DNA from: Nitrososphaeria archaeon
Lineage (GTDB): Archaea > Thermoproteota > Nitrososphaeria > Nitrososphaerales > JAAOZN01
Assembly: GCA_029775855.1 (NCBI GenBank)
Contig: JARVJZ010000002.1
Coordinates: 128,001 to 192,000 of the forward strand
Direction of reading: 5' to 3'
DNA: 64,000 nucleotides
In this document: one piece after another, positions 19,571 to 31,200 of the stretch
Numbering within the stretch: position 1 is the first letter of the stretch
How the letters are laid out: each line of letters opens with the position of its first letter
Made by a program: the position numbers and the translations under genes
The notes under the pieces: model-generated
Seen by the model: the letters and a program-made list of their open reading frames with translations, nothing else
What the model was told of the DNA's origin: nothing
The model's database searches: none

Positions 19571-20398
19571 TTATTGTGGGCTTCTCTTCTTATGTTTGCT
19601 CTTGGTTTCGGATGGTTTCAGGAAAGATTTTATTTCTTCTGTGAGTTTTTCTGCTGTTATTTCGAGGAGTTTTTTGCCTTCTTCTGCTGTGGCTCCTCTT
19701 GGGTCTCCTAATACTCCTACTGGGGTCAGTCTTTTGAGCCCATAGGTGAAGCTTTCTAGCTGTGAGATCTTGAGGCGTTCAGGTTTGTAGAATTCTTCGT
19801 TTGCTAAGCCTTCTACTGCTAGGTCCATTCTTGTTGCTTGAGGTTTTACGTGGAGCATCATAGATGTTTCTGCGTATCCCGCGTGCACGCCAGCCTTTAC
19901 TCTGCTTACACCTTTTTTCTCGAGGTAGTCGATGCTTGCGTTTATGTAGCGGTCTGTTGGTATGGCGAAGATCTTAGCTTTATCCATGAATACTTTTGCT
20001 ATTCTTGGTGTGTAGGTTATTATGGTGTCTGAGTTGCCTCCGTGTGATGAGAGTATGATGATGTTTTTGAAGCCTGATTCAACTAGGCTTTCGCAGTAGT
20101 CGTAGAGTATGTTGACGAAGGTGTCTATTGATAGTGTTATTGTGCCTGGGAAGCCGATGTGGTGCTCAGATAACCCTGGTCTTATGACTGGTGCTACTAA
20201 GGCGTTTCCAAGTTTTTTTGCGCAGGCTTCTGCTAATGCGTAGCCTAGTGTTGTGTCGGTTGAGGTTGGTAGGTGTGGGCCGTGCTGCTCTATTGAGCCT
20301 GCTACTACTATTGCTGTGTCTTTGCCTGCTTTGATTGCTTCTTCTATCTCCTTCCAAGTCATATCCTCCATCAAAACTTTTTCAGCCAATTCTATCAT
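19571..20398 (-). CDS. Creatininase / creatinine amidohydrolase family protein
   Basis: GSIEQHGPHLPTSTD, SEHHIGFPGT, SHGGN, HAGYAETS, GVLGDPRGATAEEG. Confidence 0.9.
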   Translation of the reverse strand: MIELAEKVLMEDMTWKEIEEAIKAGKDTAIVVAGSIEQHGPHLPTSTDTTLGYALAEACAKKLGNALVAPVIRPGLSEHHIGFPGTITLSIDTFVNILYDYCESLVESGFKNIIILSSHGGNSDTIITYTPRIAKVFMDKAKIFAIPTDRYINASIDYLEKKGVSRVKAGVHAGYAETSMMLHVKPQATRMDLAVEGLANEEFYKPERLKISQLESFTYGLKRLTPVGVLGDPRGATAEEGKKLLEITAEKLTEEIKSFLKPSETKSKHKKRSPQ

Positions 20399-20587
20399 TT
20401 CGTTAAGGTTTGGTCGGCTAGATAAGCTTTCGCATTAATATATAGCTTAAATTTGTAGCGTAGGTTAGGGAGAAGATTAGTTTGCGAGCTACTTTGCCTA
20501 CCTAGAAGTTAGCCTTTCTTAGCTTAATCGAAGTTTTAAAGCAAGATTTTAATAGGTTATGGTAGGCGAGTTTTATTCTTTACTTTT

Positions 20588-20965
20588 CTATGTGGTGCTA
20601 CGCTCAAGTTTCTGCTTTAGCTCTTTCACTTCTGCCTCCAGTACTGCTACTCTTTGTAGGACATCAAGCCTCTTTTCAAGGCTGTCAAAGCGGACCATAG
20701 TTTCGTTTCTGAGTGAGATGAGGCGTTCGTCGAATGCTTTGAATTTCTCATCGAAGGCTGCTAGTTTCTCGTTAAACGCCTTTAGTTTCTCGTCGAATGC
20801 TTTTAGTTTCTCATCAAATGCTTTTAGTTTTTCGTCGAATGCTTTGAATCGGTCGTCGACGTAGGTGCGGAGGTCTGCTAGTTCGGTGCGAACGAGGCTT
20901 CTGATTTCTGGTAGTAGGAATCTTGCGACCCATCTTGGAACTCTTTCGACCGCCTTTTCAACCAT
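20588..20965 (-). CDS. Small coiled-coil protein with heptad tandem repeats
   Basis: Likely start ATG 20965 (MVEKAVER..), since the upstream extension is low-complexity and overlaps a pseudogene; six (F/L)KAFDEK-type heptads. Confidence 0.7.
   Translation of the reverse strand: MVEKAVERVPRWVARFLLPEIRSLVRTELADLRTYVDDRFKAFDEKLKAFDEKLKAFDEKLKAFNEKLAAFDEKFKAFDERLISLRNETMVRFDSLEKRLDVLQRVAVLEAEVKELKQKLERSTT
20723..20848 (-). repeat. 21-nt coding tandem repeat x6
   Basis: FKAFDEK LKAFDEK LKAFDEK LKAFNEK LAAFDEK FKAFDER with synonymous variation between units. Confidence 0.9.
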
Positions 20966-21013
20966 AGTTGGATTGATTGTTGAGGTTGCTAAAAAAGTTA
21001 TAGGGGTTGCTTG

Positions 21014-21343
21014 GGTGAAGATCTTAGGGTGGCGTTGAGGGTGTTGCTGGATTGGCTTTTTAGGCATGAGGGTTTAGTTGTGGATGATCTTGTTAGGAGG
21101 TTTTTGTGGTTGATGGTGTTGAGGTGGAGTTGAATTTGTATGGTGAGGGTTGTCATAGTTGGGGAGGATAGGTCGAGGATCTATGGGGATGATGTGAAAA
21201 GGTTCTTTGATTCGGTCATTAGGTTGTCCAAGATCTTTAAAGAGCAGGTCTACTTGCTTATGTTCGGCTTCTATGTTCATTCGTCTGCTGAGCGTGAAGC
21301 TGAGTCTAGAGGGGTGAGGCTTATAGCCTCATATATAAGGTAA
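21014..21343 (+). pseudogene. Decayed PD-(D/E)XK nuclease-like C-terminal domain (archaeal coiled-coil/nuclease family)
   Basis: Three frames join: EDLRVALRVLLDWLFRHEGLVVDDLVRRF / VDGVEVELNLYGEG / VVIVGEDRSRIYGDDVKRF...MFGFYVHSSAEREAESRGVRLIASYIR; at least 2 frameshifts, ExK degenerated to EDR, no 5' part. Confidence 0.65.
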
Positions 21344-21608
21344 GGGTTCTTCTGTTGGCTCTAGCGGGGGTGTATTGAGCTGTTGTGTTGTTAGATGGTT
21401 AGTTTCTGTATTTGGTTGGAAATTTTTAGCACGTTATTTTTTTATGTGCGGGATGTTGGTAGCTTGGTGCTCTGTTGGTGTAAGTTTTGGTAGTGTAGGG
21501 TTGTGTTTTGATTTTCGGTTTTTAGTAAATGTTCTTTGACTCTTTTGCTAATTTCCGAAAAAAAGTCTATGTGCAGCTAGGTGGCATAGGGTAGGTGGAG
21601 GATCCAAG

Positions 21609-22157
21609 ATGAACAAGAAGATACCCTTAGCGGTGCTGGTTGGGGTTGTGGTTGTAGCCGCAGCGGCTGCCTTCGGCTACTCCGCTGGAGTGGCTGCTGT
21701 CAAGGAGCAGTTCGGAGTCAAGGGCTGGGTTCAAGTCAAGGTGGTCAGAGACGGGCAAGTCATATACTACCACGAAGGGCATAACGTCATAACTAATGCG
21801 GGTAAGGATGGTATCGCGAAGCAGATCGGTTCAACATCACCACACACCAACGGTGCAAACTGGATAGCGCTATCGACAAACAATGGCACGCCAGATGCAA
21901 CTTGGACATCGATACCAGATGAAATTACATCAGGGGGTTTAGAAAGAGCCCAAGGAACATATTCGCACACTAACGGAACCAACACATTCCAAGTTCAAAA
22001 AACTTTCACAGCAACTGCTACACATACTGGGGTTAGAATGGCTGGGCTATTCTTCGGACCTAACGGCGGCACACTACTAGCAGCAAACACATTCTCATCA
22101 GTCAACTTGATCAGCGGTGACCAGCTTACAGTGACGTGGACTATAACGATATCGTAG
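21609..22157 (+). CDS. Secreted 182-aa beta-rich protein with phage tail/neck-fibre-like motifs
   Basis: Sec signal (MNKK + hydrophobic core), SD-like GGTGGAGG before ATG; motifs HNVITNAGK, IALS, GLERAQG, AGLFFGPNGGTLLA, VNLISGDQLTVTWTITIS. Confidence 0.8.
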   Translation: MNKKIPLAVLVGVVVVAAAAAFGYSAGVAAVKEQFGVKGWVQVKVVRDGQVIYYHEGHNVITNAGKDGIAKQIGSTSPHTNGANWIALSTNNGTPDATWTSIPDEITSGGLERAQGTYSHTNGTNTFQVQKTFTATATHTGVRMAGLFFGPNGGTLLAANTFSSVNLISGDQLTVTWTITIS

Positions 22158-22260
22158 CGCGCATAAGCTGCTTAACCATAACCTCAGCTGAATTAGCCTC
22201 TCCTCTGCGATAGAGGGGAGGCACCCCCTCTTTTTCCCCAGGTTTGCTAGCTTACGCTAT
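22155..22260 (+). terminator. Structured intergenic element: GC-rich hairpin, alternative hairpin and U-tract
   Basis: gcctctcctct (22196-22206) pairs with agaggggaggc (22212-22222); agagggg (22212-22218) can instead pair with cccctct (22225-22231); T5 at 22231-22235; outer stems taagct/agctta and aacct/aggtt. Confidence 0.6.
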
Positions 22261-22283
22261 CTAAGTTGGGTTCTCCGGGTTGA

Positions 22284-25200
22284 GTGTTGAGTGAGTTGGG
22301 TAGGGTGGCGGTGAAGGTTTGGAGCGCGGTTGCAGCGCTCATCCTAGCTGCTACTCTAATTCAAGATGCTTACGCCGCATCCTACTACCCTTCTAGCTAC
22401 AATCTTTTAGGCGGCACCACGCTTGTCTCAGGCACATTAAGCAACCTTCAAGCTGATGATGGTAGTTATATGGTGTTTAGGAGCGCTGGTAGCGCAACTA
22501 GCAACCGCATCCAGAACCCTAGCTTTGAATCCTCAGGCAGCTGGACGACTGCAACCTCTGCAGGTGGTCAAGCCCAAGTGCAAGACGGCACAGTAGCTTA
22601 CAGCGGCACCTACTCAGGCAGAACCTCAACAACAGCTCCCACAGGACTCAACAGCTACGCTAGACTGACGCAGACCTTCCCCTCACTGCTTCCAGTGTCG
22701 AGCATACCGAATCAAGCTGGAAGCCTAACCCTCTACCTTAGACATATGGGTTCAGCTTTGGATGGTAATAGAACCGCTTGGGTAGCGGTTGTGAGCAGCC
22801 AAGGTAGAACGCTACGCTACATCTGGAGGCTAGACGGCTCCGCAATACCATCAGATTCATCTACCATTAGATATATCGATATGGGGACTACCTTACCATC
22901 AGGCTGGGTTCAGGTTAGCAGAAACTTCTATGAGGACTGGGTCGTTACTAAGGGCTGGCCGAGCACAGATACAATATCATCGATACAGCTGCAAAGTAAC
23001 GGAAGGCGAATAGGGATAGCGCCAGAGTACACTTATTGGGGGCAGCGCATCAACTGGGACTTGATAACCCTCCTCTACTACACCGAATACACAGCTGAAG
23101 TGGAGTTCACAGGCACATCAGACACAAACAGCTGGCATAGACTAATCTGGACTGTGGATTCATCTTGGACAGCAGCCTCAGTATCAGTGACGCTGCAACT
23201 CTACAACTACCAAACAAACAGCTACCCCACTTCAGGAGACGGCTACATATCCTACACCTCCTCAGCCACACCAAATACAGATGAGACAAAAACACAGACG
23301 ATAACCACAAACCCAACAAACTTCAGAGACAACTCTGGGAACTGGAAGCTGAAGATAAAAGGTGTGAAGAGCACAACATCACCTTTTGATCTACGAATTG
23401 ACTTAGTTAGATACGAGCCGTCAGCCACATACACACGAACAGCATCAGACACAACAGCGCTAACAGACACATCATCTAGGCTCTCAACCTTAACCAGAAC
23501 CCAGACAGAAACCTTCTCGATAACCGATGCAGTGTCAAAGATCTATACGCAAGTCAGACAGGTAGCGGAGTCGCTGAACATAGCGCCGCAAGTAGAGAGA
23601 GCAGCAACACTAACAAGAAGCATAACCCAAGACGTATCAATCACACCAGCAGTGTCAAGAGCGATAAATGTTGCAAGACACCTCTACCAAACCATCCAAC
23701 TATCCGATTCCATATCTAGAATGGTGCACTTCCTAAGGCAGATAACAGAGACACAAACCATCACAGACACTGTGCAAAGAGCGGTGAAACTCTGGCGCAC
23801 CCTAACAGAAACACCAGCAATAACAGACTCGATACAGCGAGTAGCCTACCTCACAAGAGCCATGACAGAAACATCATCAGTAAGCGATGCATTAGCCAGA
23901 GAGTACCAAGGCTACAGAACATTAAACGAAGCCCAAACAGTAGTCGATGCTGTAGCAAGAAACTTCGTAGGCACAAGAACCCTAACAGAAACACCAACCG
24001 TATCAGACCAGCTCTCGAGGCTAATATACGTGTTTAGAAGTATGAGTGATGGCACAGCAGTAAGCGAAACACTACAACGCATCCAATACCTCTTCAGAAA
24101 CATAGGAGAAGCATCAACCTACCTAGATGAAATAAGCAGATCACTAACAGCAGCAAGAACCGCAACACTAACAGTAAGCATATCTGATGAAGTGGCTAGA
24201 GCAGCGAACATAGCGAGAATAGTCTCAGACGCAACTGGGTTAAGCGACGCTGCGCAAAGATTTATACAGACGGCTAGAGCGCTAACGGAGACAAACACCT
24301 ACATAGCGAACATAGCGAGAGCGGCAACACTGACAAGAACACTAAGCGATTCACAAACATTAGTAGATACAGTATCCAGAGCGGCAACATTAGCCAGAAA
24401 TCTAATCGACTCAGCACCTCTTCTGGATTCAATAAACAGAATGGTATCGTTAACAAGAAATGTAGCAGAAACACAGACACTCAGCGACTCAGTCTCAAGA
24501 CTCAGCACTTTAACAAGAGCAGCGGCTGACGCGTTAACAGCATCAGATGCGGTGTCTAGGCTAGCGTATTTAGCTAAAGCAGTAAGCGATTTGACAACTC
24601 TCTCAGACACAGCCTACAGAGCAGCTGCACTAACAAGAACGGTAGCCGAATCACCTATATTATCAGACCTAGCATCTAGAGCAGCCACACTAACTAGAAC
24701 ACTCACAGACACAGGCGCTCTAACAGATTCAGCAACAAGGTTCATAAATTTAGCCAGAGCCTTAACCGAATCCTCAACAATAGAGGACACAATCTCCACA
24801 TTCGCTTCATTAACAAGGTCTCTATCGGAAACACAACTATTTTCAGATTCTCTAAATAGGGCTACCGCATTAACACGCTCCTTAACTGATTCACAAACAT
24901 TTGTAGATGCGCTCTCTAGAGCAGCGACATTAACCAGATCTTTAACCGAGGCGCCTGCCATATCCGATTTGGTAGGCAGAGTAGCTCAATTAACACTCAC
25001 ATTAACAGATGCCTCAACGCTATCTGATGTTGCATCAAGACTTCCAAACTTTATGAGGTTATTAACAGATGCTGCTGGCCTATCTGAGTATGTTGATAGG
25101 GCTGCTGTGTTATCAAGAGCCGTATTTGATGCGCAAGCTCTATCAGACTCTTTGAGTAGATTTAGCGCTTTAAGTAGAAGTGTTGCAGAGTCACAAAGCG

Positions 25201-28200
25201 TATCAGACTCTGTAGCGAGGCTTGTAGCGTTTGCTAGAAGCGTATCTGAAGCAGCATCCGTAAGCGATGCTTTATCAAGGTTAGCATACTTAACACGCAG
25301 CTTAACCGAAGACCAAACGCTACTTGACTCATTATCTAGATTTGCTACATTAACCAGAAGCCTCTTAGAAAGCCAAACTTTAACAGAGTCTGTTTCAAGG
25401 TTTCTAACCTTAAGCAGAGCCTTAACAGAATCTCCAACAATATCTGACACAGTAGATAGGCTTACATCTCTAACCAGAGCTTTAAGCGATACACAAGTTC
25501 TAACTGATTTAACGTCTAGGGCCGCTTCACTAACACGCACTTTAACCGAAACCCAAGGTTTAACAGATGCGCTCACAAGGCTGATAACTTCGGCGAGAAC
25601 AGTAACAGAGACTCCAATGTTCTCAGACTTGGTGTCAAGGGCAAGCACACTGACTCGAATATTGACAGAGGCTCCTTCGCTAACAGACGCTACTCAAAGA
25701 ACGCTCCAACTGCTTAGGGCAGTAACAGAATCTCAAAGCCTAAACGACTCTATATCTAGACTACTAGCCTTAAGCAGATCACTAACCGAGGCGTCAACAT
25801 TAACAGAATACATCGATAGAGCAGCACAACTAGCAAGGAGCCTAACCGAAACACAACCGATCTCAGAAACCTTAGCTAGATACACATACCTTCTAAGAAC
25901 CATAACAGACTCAAACACCATTCAAGATACGCTCTCAAGACTAATCAGCGGAACAAGAGTGGTAGCGGACACTACATCACTCTCAGACATATTATCTAGG
26001 GCAGCAGAGTTTGCGAGAACCGCATCAGAAACGACTACGCTATCAGATATAGCAGTTAGATTTACCGCATTAACCAGAGCGTTAAGCGAAAACCAAGCCG
26101 TAGCAGATACAATAAGCAGATTAGCGGCATTAACCAGAGCAATAACCGAAACATCAAACCTCTCAGATGAAGTGCAAAGACTTGTTAATAGGTTAAGAGA
26201 ACTATCAGAAACAGCAAGCATAACAGACACACTGGCAAGAACCTTAACACTAACAAGAACCTTAACCGAAGCCCAAAGCATATCAGACACCTTAACAAGA
26301 GCTACTGAATTAAGTAGGGTAGTTAGTGAGGCGCAGAGCTTCTATGAGGAGCTCTCTAGAAGCATACACTTTGCAAGAACCTTAACTGAGAGCCAGACAT
26401 TCTTAGATGATGTAAGTAGATTCGCTTCCCTTGCAAGAAACATTCTTGAAACACCTACTATATCAGACTCAATCAGCAGATTAACCACTTTAACTAGAAG
26501 CTTATCCGAGTCACAAACTATTAGCGATGCAGTCTCAAAGTTCATCACTCTCACAAGATCGATAACAGACACCACAACCCTAGCAGACACAGCCTCTAGA
26601 CTTACAGCCCTAACAAGAACCTTAGCAGACAGCCAAACCTTGGTTGACTCAATCTCAAGACTCGCCGCATTAACAAGAACCTTAATTGAAAACCCTTCAC
26701 TCACGGAGCAATTGGCAAGAACACTCACATTAAGTAGAGTGGTAAGCGAAACTCAGCCCCTAGCGGACTCAATAGTTAGACAGATATCCCTAACCAGAAG
26801 CTTAGAGGAGAACTCAGCGCTCACAGATATGTTAACAAGGGTTGCAACATTAACCAGAGCCGTCGAGGAGACTCCAACGATATCAGCTCTTGTAAGCAGA
26901 GTAGCATCACTAACCAGAACACTAAGTGAAACACAACTCTTCAACGACATATTAGATAGAACAGCAGCTCTCAGCAGATCCTTAAGCGAAAACCAAGCCA
27001 TAACCGATACTGTAAACAGATTCGTCTCTCTGAGCAGAAGCTTAACGGAGCAACCCTCATTCTCTGATGTAGCTACCAGAATTATTTCGCTAACTAGAAG
27101 CCTAACTGAAAACCCAAGTATATCTGATTCTGCTACAAGGCTCATTACTTTCGTAAGAAGTATATCAGAAGCAGCTTCGATTACAGATCTGGTTTCAAGA
27201 GCCGCAGATCTTAGCAGAAGCATACAAGAAGGCGTGCAAGTAGCAGACCTATTAACTAGGTTGACTACGCTAGCCAGAAGCCTAACTGATTCACAAGCCT
27301 TCACCGATTCCGTAGGTAGAGTAGCGGCTTTAACAAGAACCTTAAGCGAGAACGGGGCGTTCACAGACTTGGCATCCAGATTAGCCGCATTAACCAGAAC
27401 TTCAACTGAAGCATCTACTTTGTCCGACTCATTAAGTAGGTTAACCACATTAACCCGAACCTTAGCCGAATACCCAGCGCTCTCAGATCAAATTTTAAGG
27501 CTTGTAAACTTCCCCAGAAGCCTAAGCGACACACAAGTAATATCAGATTATGTTGAAAGATGGGTGATTTTAGCACGATCAATAACAGATAATCAAGCCA
27601 TTACAAGCTCGGTAGATAGAGCCCTATCTCTTACCAGAGCGATCTTAGAGGCGCAGAGCATAACAGATACGGTATCCAAATTCACCGCAGTCACAAGAGC
27701 CTTAGCAGACTCAGCAACCATAAGCGACTTTGCTACAAGATTAAGCGTCGCATTCAGAAGCATATCAGAAACACAAACAATACTTGATGCGGCAACCAGA
27801 CTCACTACATTAACCAGAACATTGAGCGAAACGCAAACAGTATCAGAGTCGATTTCAAGACTATTAAGCTTAAGCAGAGCCCTAAACGAATACCCAGCAC
27901 TATCAGAATCCTTAACCAGATTCACAATCCTAGTAAGAAGCTTAGCAGACTATTCAACAATCTCAGACACTACAGCCAGAATCTCCTATCTGGCAAGAGA
28001 GTTAACTCAACCCACTACTTTAAGCGAAAGCATCGATAGGTTGAGCGTGTTAGCTAGAAGCGTTACTGAAAACCAAGGTTTAACCGACATACTTTCTAGA
28101 CTCTTCTCACCAACAAGAACCCTAACCGAAACCTCAAGCTTATCAGAAGCAGCATCTACATTAGCAAACCTAGCTCGAACCCTAACAGAACAACCCATCT

Positions 28201-31200
28201 TCACAGACCTAACATCAAGAGCAGCATATCTAACCAGAACCCTAACACAAACACTAACATTTAACGACTTAGCCGCTAGAACAGCCACTTTAACCAGAAG
28301 CCTAACAGAAGACCAAACAATCTATGATCTAATCAGCAGAGTATCAGACCTAGCCAGATCTTTAACTGAGACACAAACCTTAACGGACATAGCTTCTAGA
28401 ACCGTTTCCCTAACACGCGCTTTAACTGAAAACCAAGTTGTATCAGACATATTGACAAGGCTGATAAACACAGCAAGAAACCTAACAGAAACCACATCAT
28501 TATCGGATATAGCGTCTAGGTTTGCTTCATTAACTAGAGCGCTAAGCGAAAACCAAGCAATCATAGAAACAGTAAACAGACTAACAACATTAACAAGAGC
28601 GATACTAGAGACACCAAGCATAACCGACACACTAGCAAGAACCATAACCCTAACAAGAACCTTAACAGAAACCCAAAGCATAACGGAAGCTCTAACAAGA
28701 GCCGTTGACTTAACTAGGGTAGTTAGCGAAGCGCAAACCGTCGCTGATACTCTCTCAAGAAGTATACAACTAGCTAGAACATTAACAGAAGCGCCCAACT
28801 TATCAGATTATGCTAATAGACTAACCTTACTAACCAGAACTGTCCTTGAAGCACCTACCCTATCGGATACAGCATCGAGAATAACCGCATTAACAAGAAC
28901 TCTAACTGACTTGCAGAACTTAGGTGATTCCGTCTTTAGATTTGTCTCCATCAAAAGAACGATAACAGATCATGCAATAGTATCAGATTTAGCTTCTAGA
29001 GTCGCTTCTCTGGCAAGGAGCCTAACTGAAAGCCAAGCAGTAATTGATTCTGTGTCAAGATTCACTACGTTAACGAGAACCTTATCTGAGCCAGCATCAC
29101 TTACAGACCAGTTAACAAGAGTAGCCACCTTAACTAGAGTAATAAGTGACACAGAGTCTTTCACAGACTTAATAGTGAGGTCGATATCTCTAAGCAGAAG
29201 CTTAAACGACGCACAATCCTTCTCTGATGTGATAACTAGATACGTCGACCTCACAAGAACACTAACAGCTACAAGTAGCATAGTGGATGGGGTGTCAAGG
29301 CTTACCAACCTTGCTAGGTCTGTAGTAGAGACTACTTCGTTCTCTGACATATTATCTAGAACAGCGCAGTTAGCAAGAACAGTAACAGAGACAACTACCT
29401 TAGCAGACGCCGCAAGCAGAGCAGCTGAGTTAACTAGAATAGTAAGTGAGAACCAAGCTATCACAGAAACAGCCAGCAGAGTATCTTTCCTGAGCAGAAG
29501 TTTAGTAGAGCAGCCTATCTTATCTGACGCCGCTAATCGGATGATCCAAACCATAAGAGTACTATCCGAGAGCCAAACCATAGTGGACACTGCTTCAAGA
29601 CTCATCACAGCCCTAAGAAGCCTTTCAGAAGCCGCATCAACTTCAGACACGGTTGCCAGAGCGGCAGACTTTTACAGAAGCGTAGATGTACATATACAAG
29701 TAGCAGACCTGCTGTCTAGAGTGGCTACGCTAACAAGACAAGTATATGAATCTCAAACTTACATAGACTCCATCTCCAGATTCGCCGCTTTATCCAGACC
29801 TCTAACTGACAGTCAGATTTTCTTAGATATAGTATCTAGAGCCGCTGCGCTTAGCAGAAACGTGCTTGAAGTATCCTCCTTTACAGATATGGCGGCACGA
29901 ATGTCTATCTTAACAAGATCCCTAACTGAGACAAATACTCTAGCAGACTCTATTCAAAGAGTTGCTGAAATGACTAGACTCTTAGCTGACTCCAAGAGCT
30001 TTAGCGACTCTATCTCTAGACTTCTACACTTTAGCAGAACTTTAACCGATTCATCTTTAATAACAGAATATATTGTGAGAGCCGCTTTGTTAGCAAGAGG
30101 GATAACTGATGCGCAGACCATCGCCGATGCTCTGACCAGATATGCCTACTTCATCAGAACACTATCAGAGACACAGACTGTAGCTGAAGGTGTGTCAAGA
30201 ATACTGACACTTTCAAGATATATATCAGAATCGGTAAACACAACAGAGCTAATATCAAGAGCCGTAACCCTTGCTAGAACGTTAACTGAAACCCACATCT
30301 TAACAGACTTTGCCGAAAGGATAGCAACATTATCAAGGGCGCTACTAGAAGACTCAACATTCTTAGACCAAGCCTCTAGACTAGTCAACCTTACCAGATA
30401 TCTAACCGAATCTCAACCTATAAACGATGCTGCATCCAGAATCTTAGCCCTATCTAGAATACTGACAGACATTCAAACCTTAAACGACAGCCTTCTAAGA
30501 CTAACAACGCTAACAAGATCTTTAACAGAGTCTGCAGATCTGTCAGATTTAACCTATAGGCTCACTACCTTAGCAAGAAGCGTTGCAGATAGCCAAACAA
30601 TCTCCGAATCAACACAGAGAGCGCTTGCAGCAATAAGGCTCCTCACAGAAACGCAGACCATATCAGATCTAGCATCAAGAGCCGGTTCATTAGCGAGAAC
30701 TTTAAGCGACGCTCAAACCTTAATCGAGTCTATCTCTAGGTTCACACCTCTAACCAGAGCGGTAAGTGAACAAGCAACCCTAACCGAATTAACAAGCAGA
30801 ATAGCTACATTAGCCAGATCCTTGACCGATACACAGATTCTAACAGATGTTGCTGCGAGAATTGCAGCCCTTACTAGAAGCCAAGTAGAAACAACCACAG
30901 TTGCAGATCTTGTGACTAGACTAACCACGCTCTCTAGAACGTTAGCTGAGGCGCAAAGCATAGTAGACTCAATATCTAGAATCCTAACATCTATCAGAAA
31001 CCCGACAGACATATCAACAATATTGGACTACAGCAGCCGAGTTGCTGCATTATCTAGAAGCCTTATCGACCCATCAACCCTCTCAGATACACTAGGCAGA
31101 CTCACAGCATTAAATAGAGAGGTTATGGATAACCCAGCGCTAACTGAAGTAGTCCAAAGCATCTACACCGCCTTAAGAGCAATAACAGAGACAGCATCAT

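Noticed and set aside
18553-19745. ORFs 18553..18750, 18560..18784, 18970..19644 and 19563..19745
   Set aside because: No recognisable motifs; they overlap the pseudogene remnant, or lie antisense to the TA pair or the creatininase gene
20966-21280. Q/H/P/N-rich N-terminal extension of the 159-aa ORF and the 68-aa ORF 21074..21280
   Set aside because: Antisense reading of the G/T-rich nuclease pseudogene; ATG 20965 is the better start
21345-21600. Replication origin in the G/T-rich intergenic region
   Set aside because: No ORB/mini-ORB repeats recognised and no cdc6/orc1 gene adjacent; only the skew is reported
23107-31012. Many 60-230 aa minus-strand ORFs within the giant gene
   Set aside because: Antisense shadows of the periodic S/T/L/R/D/E repeat codons; they mirror the 20-aa period and have no independent features
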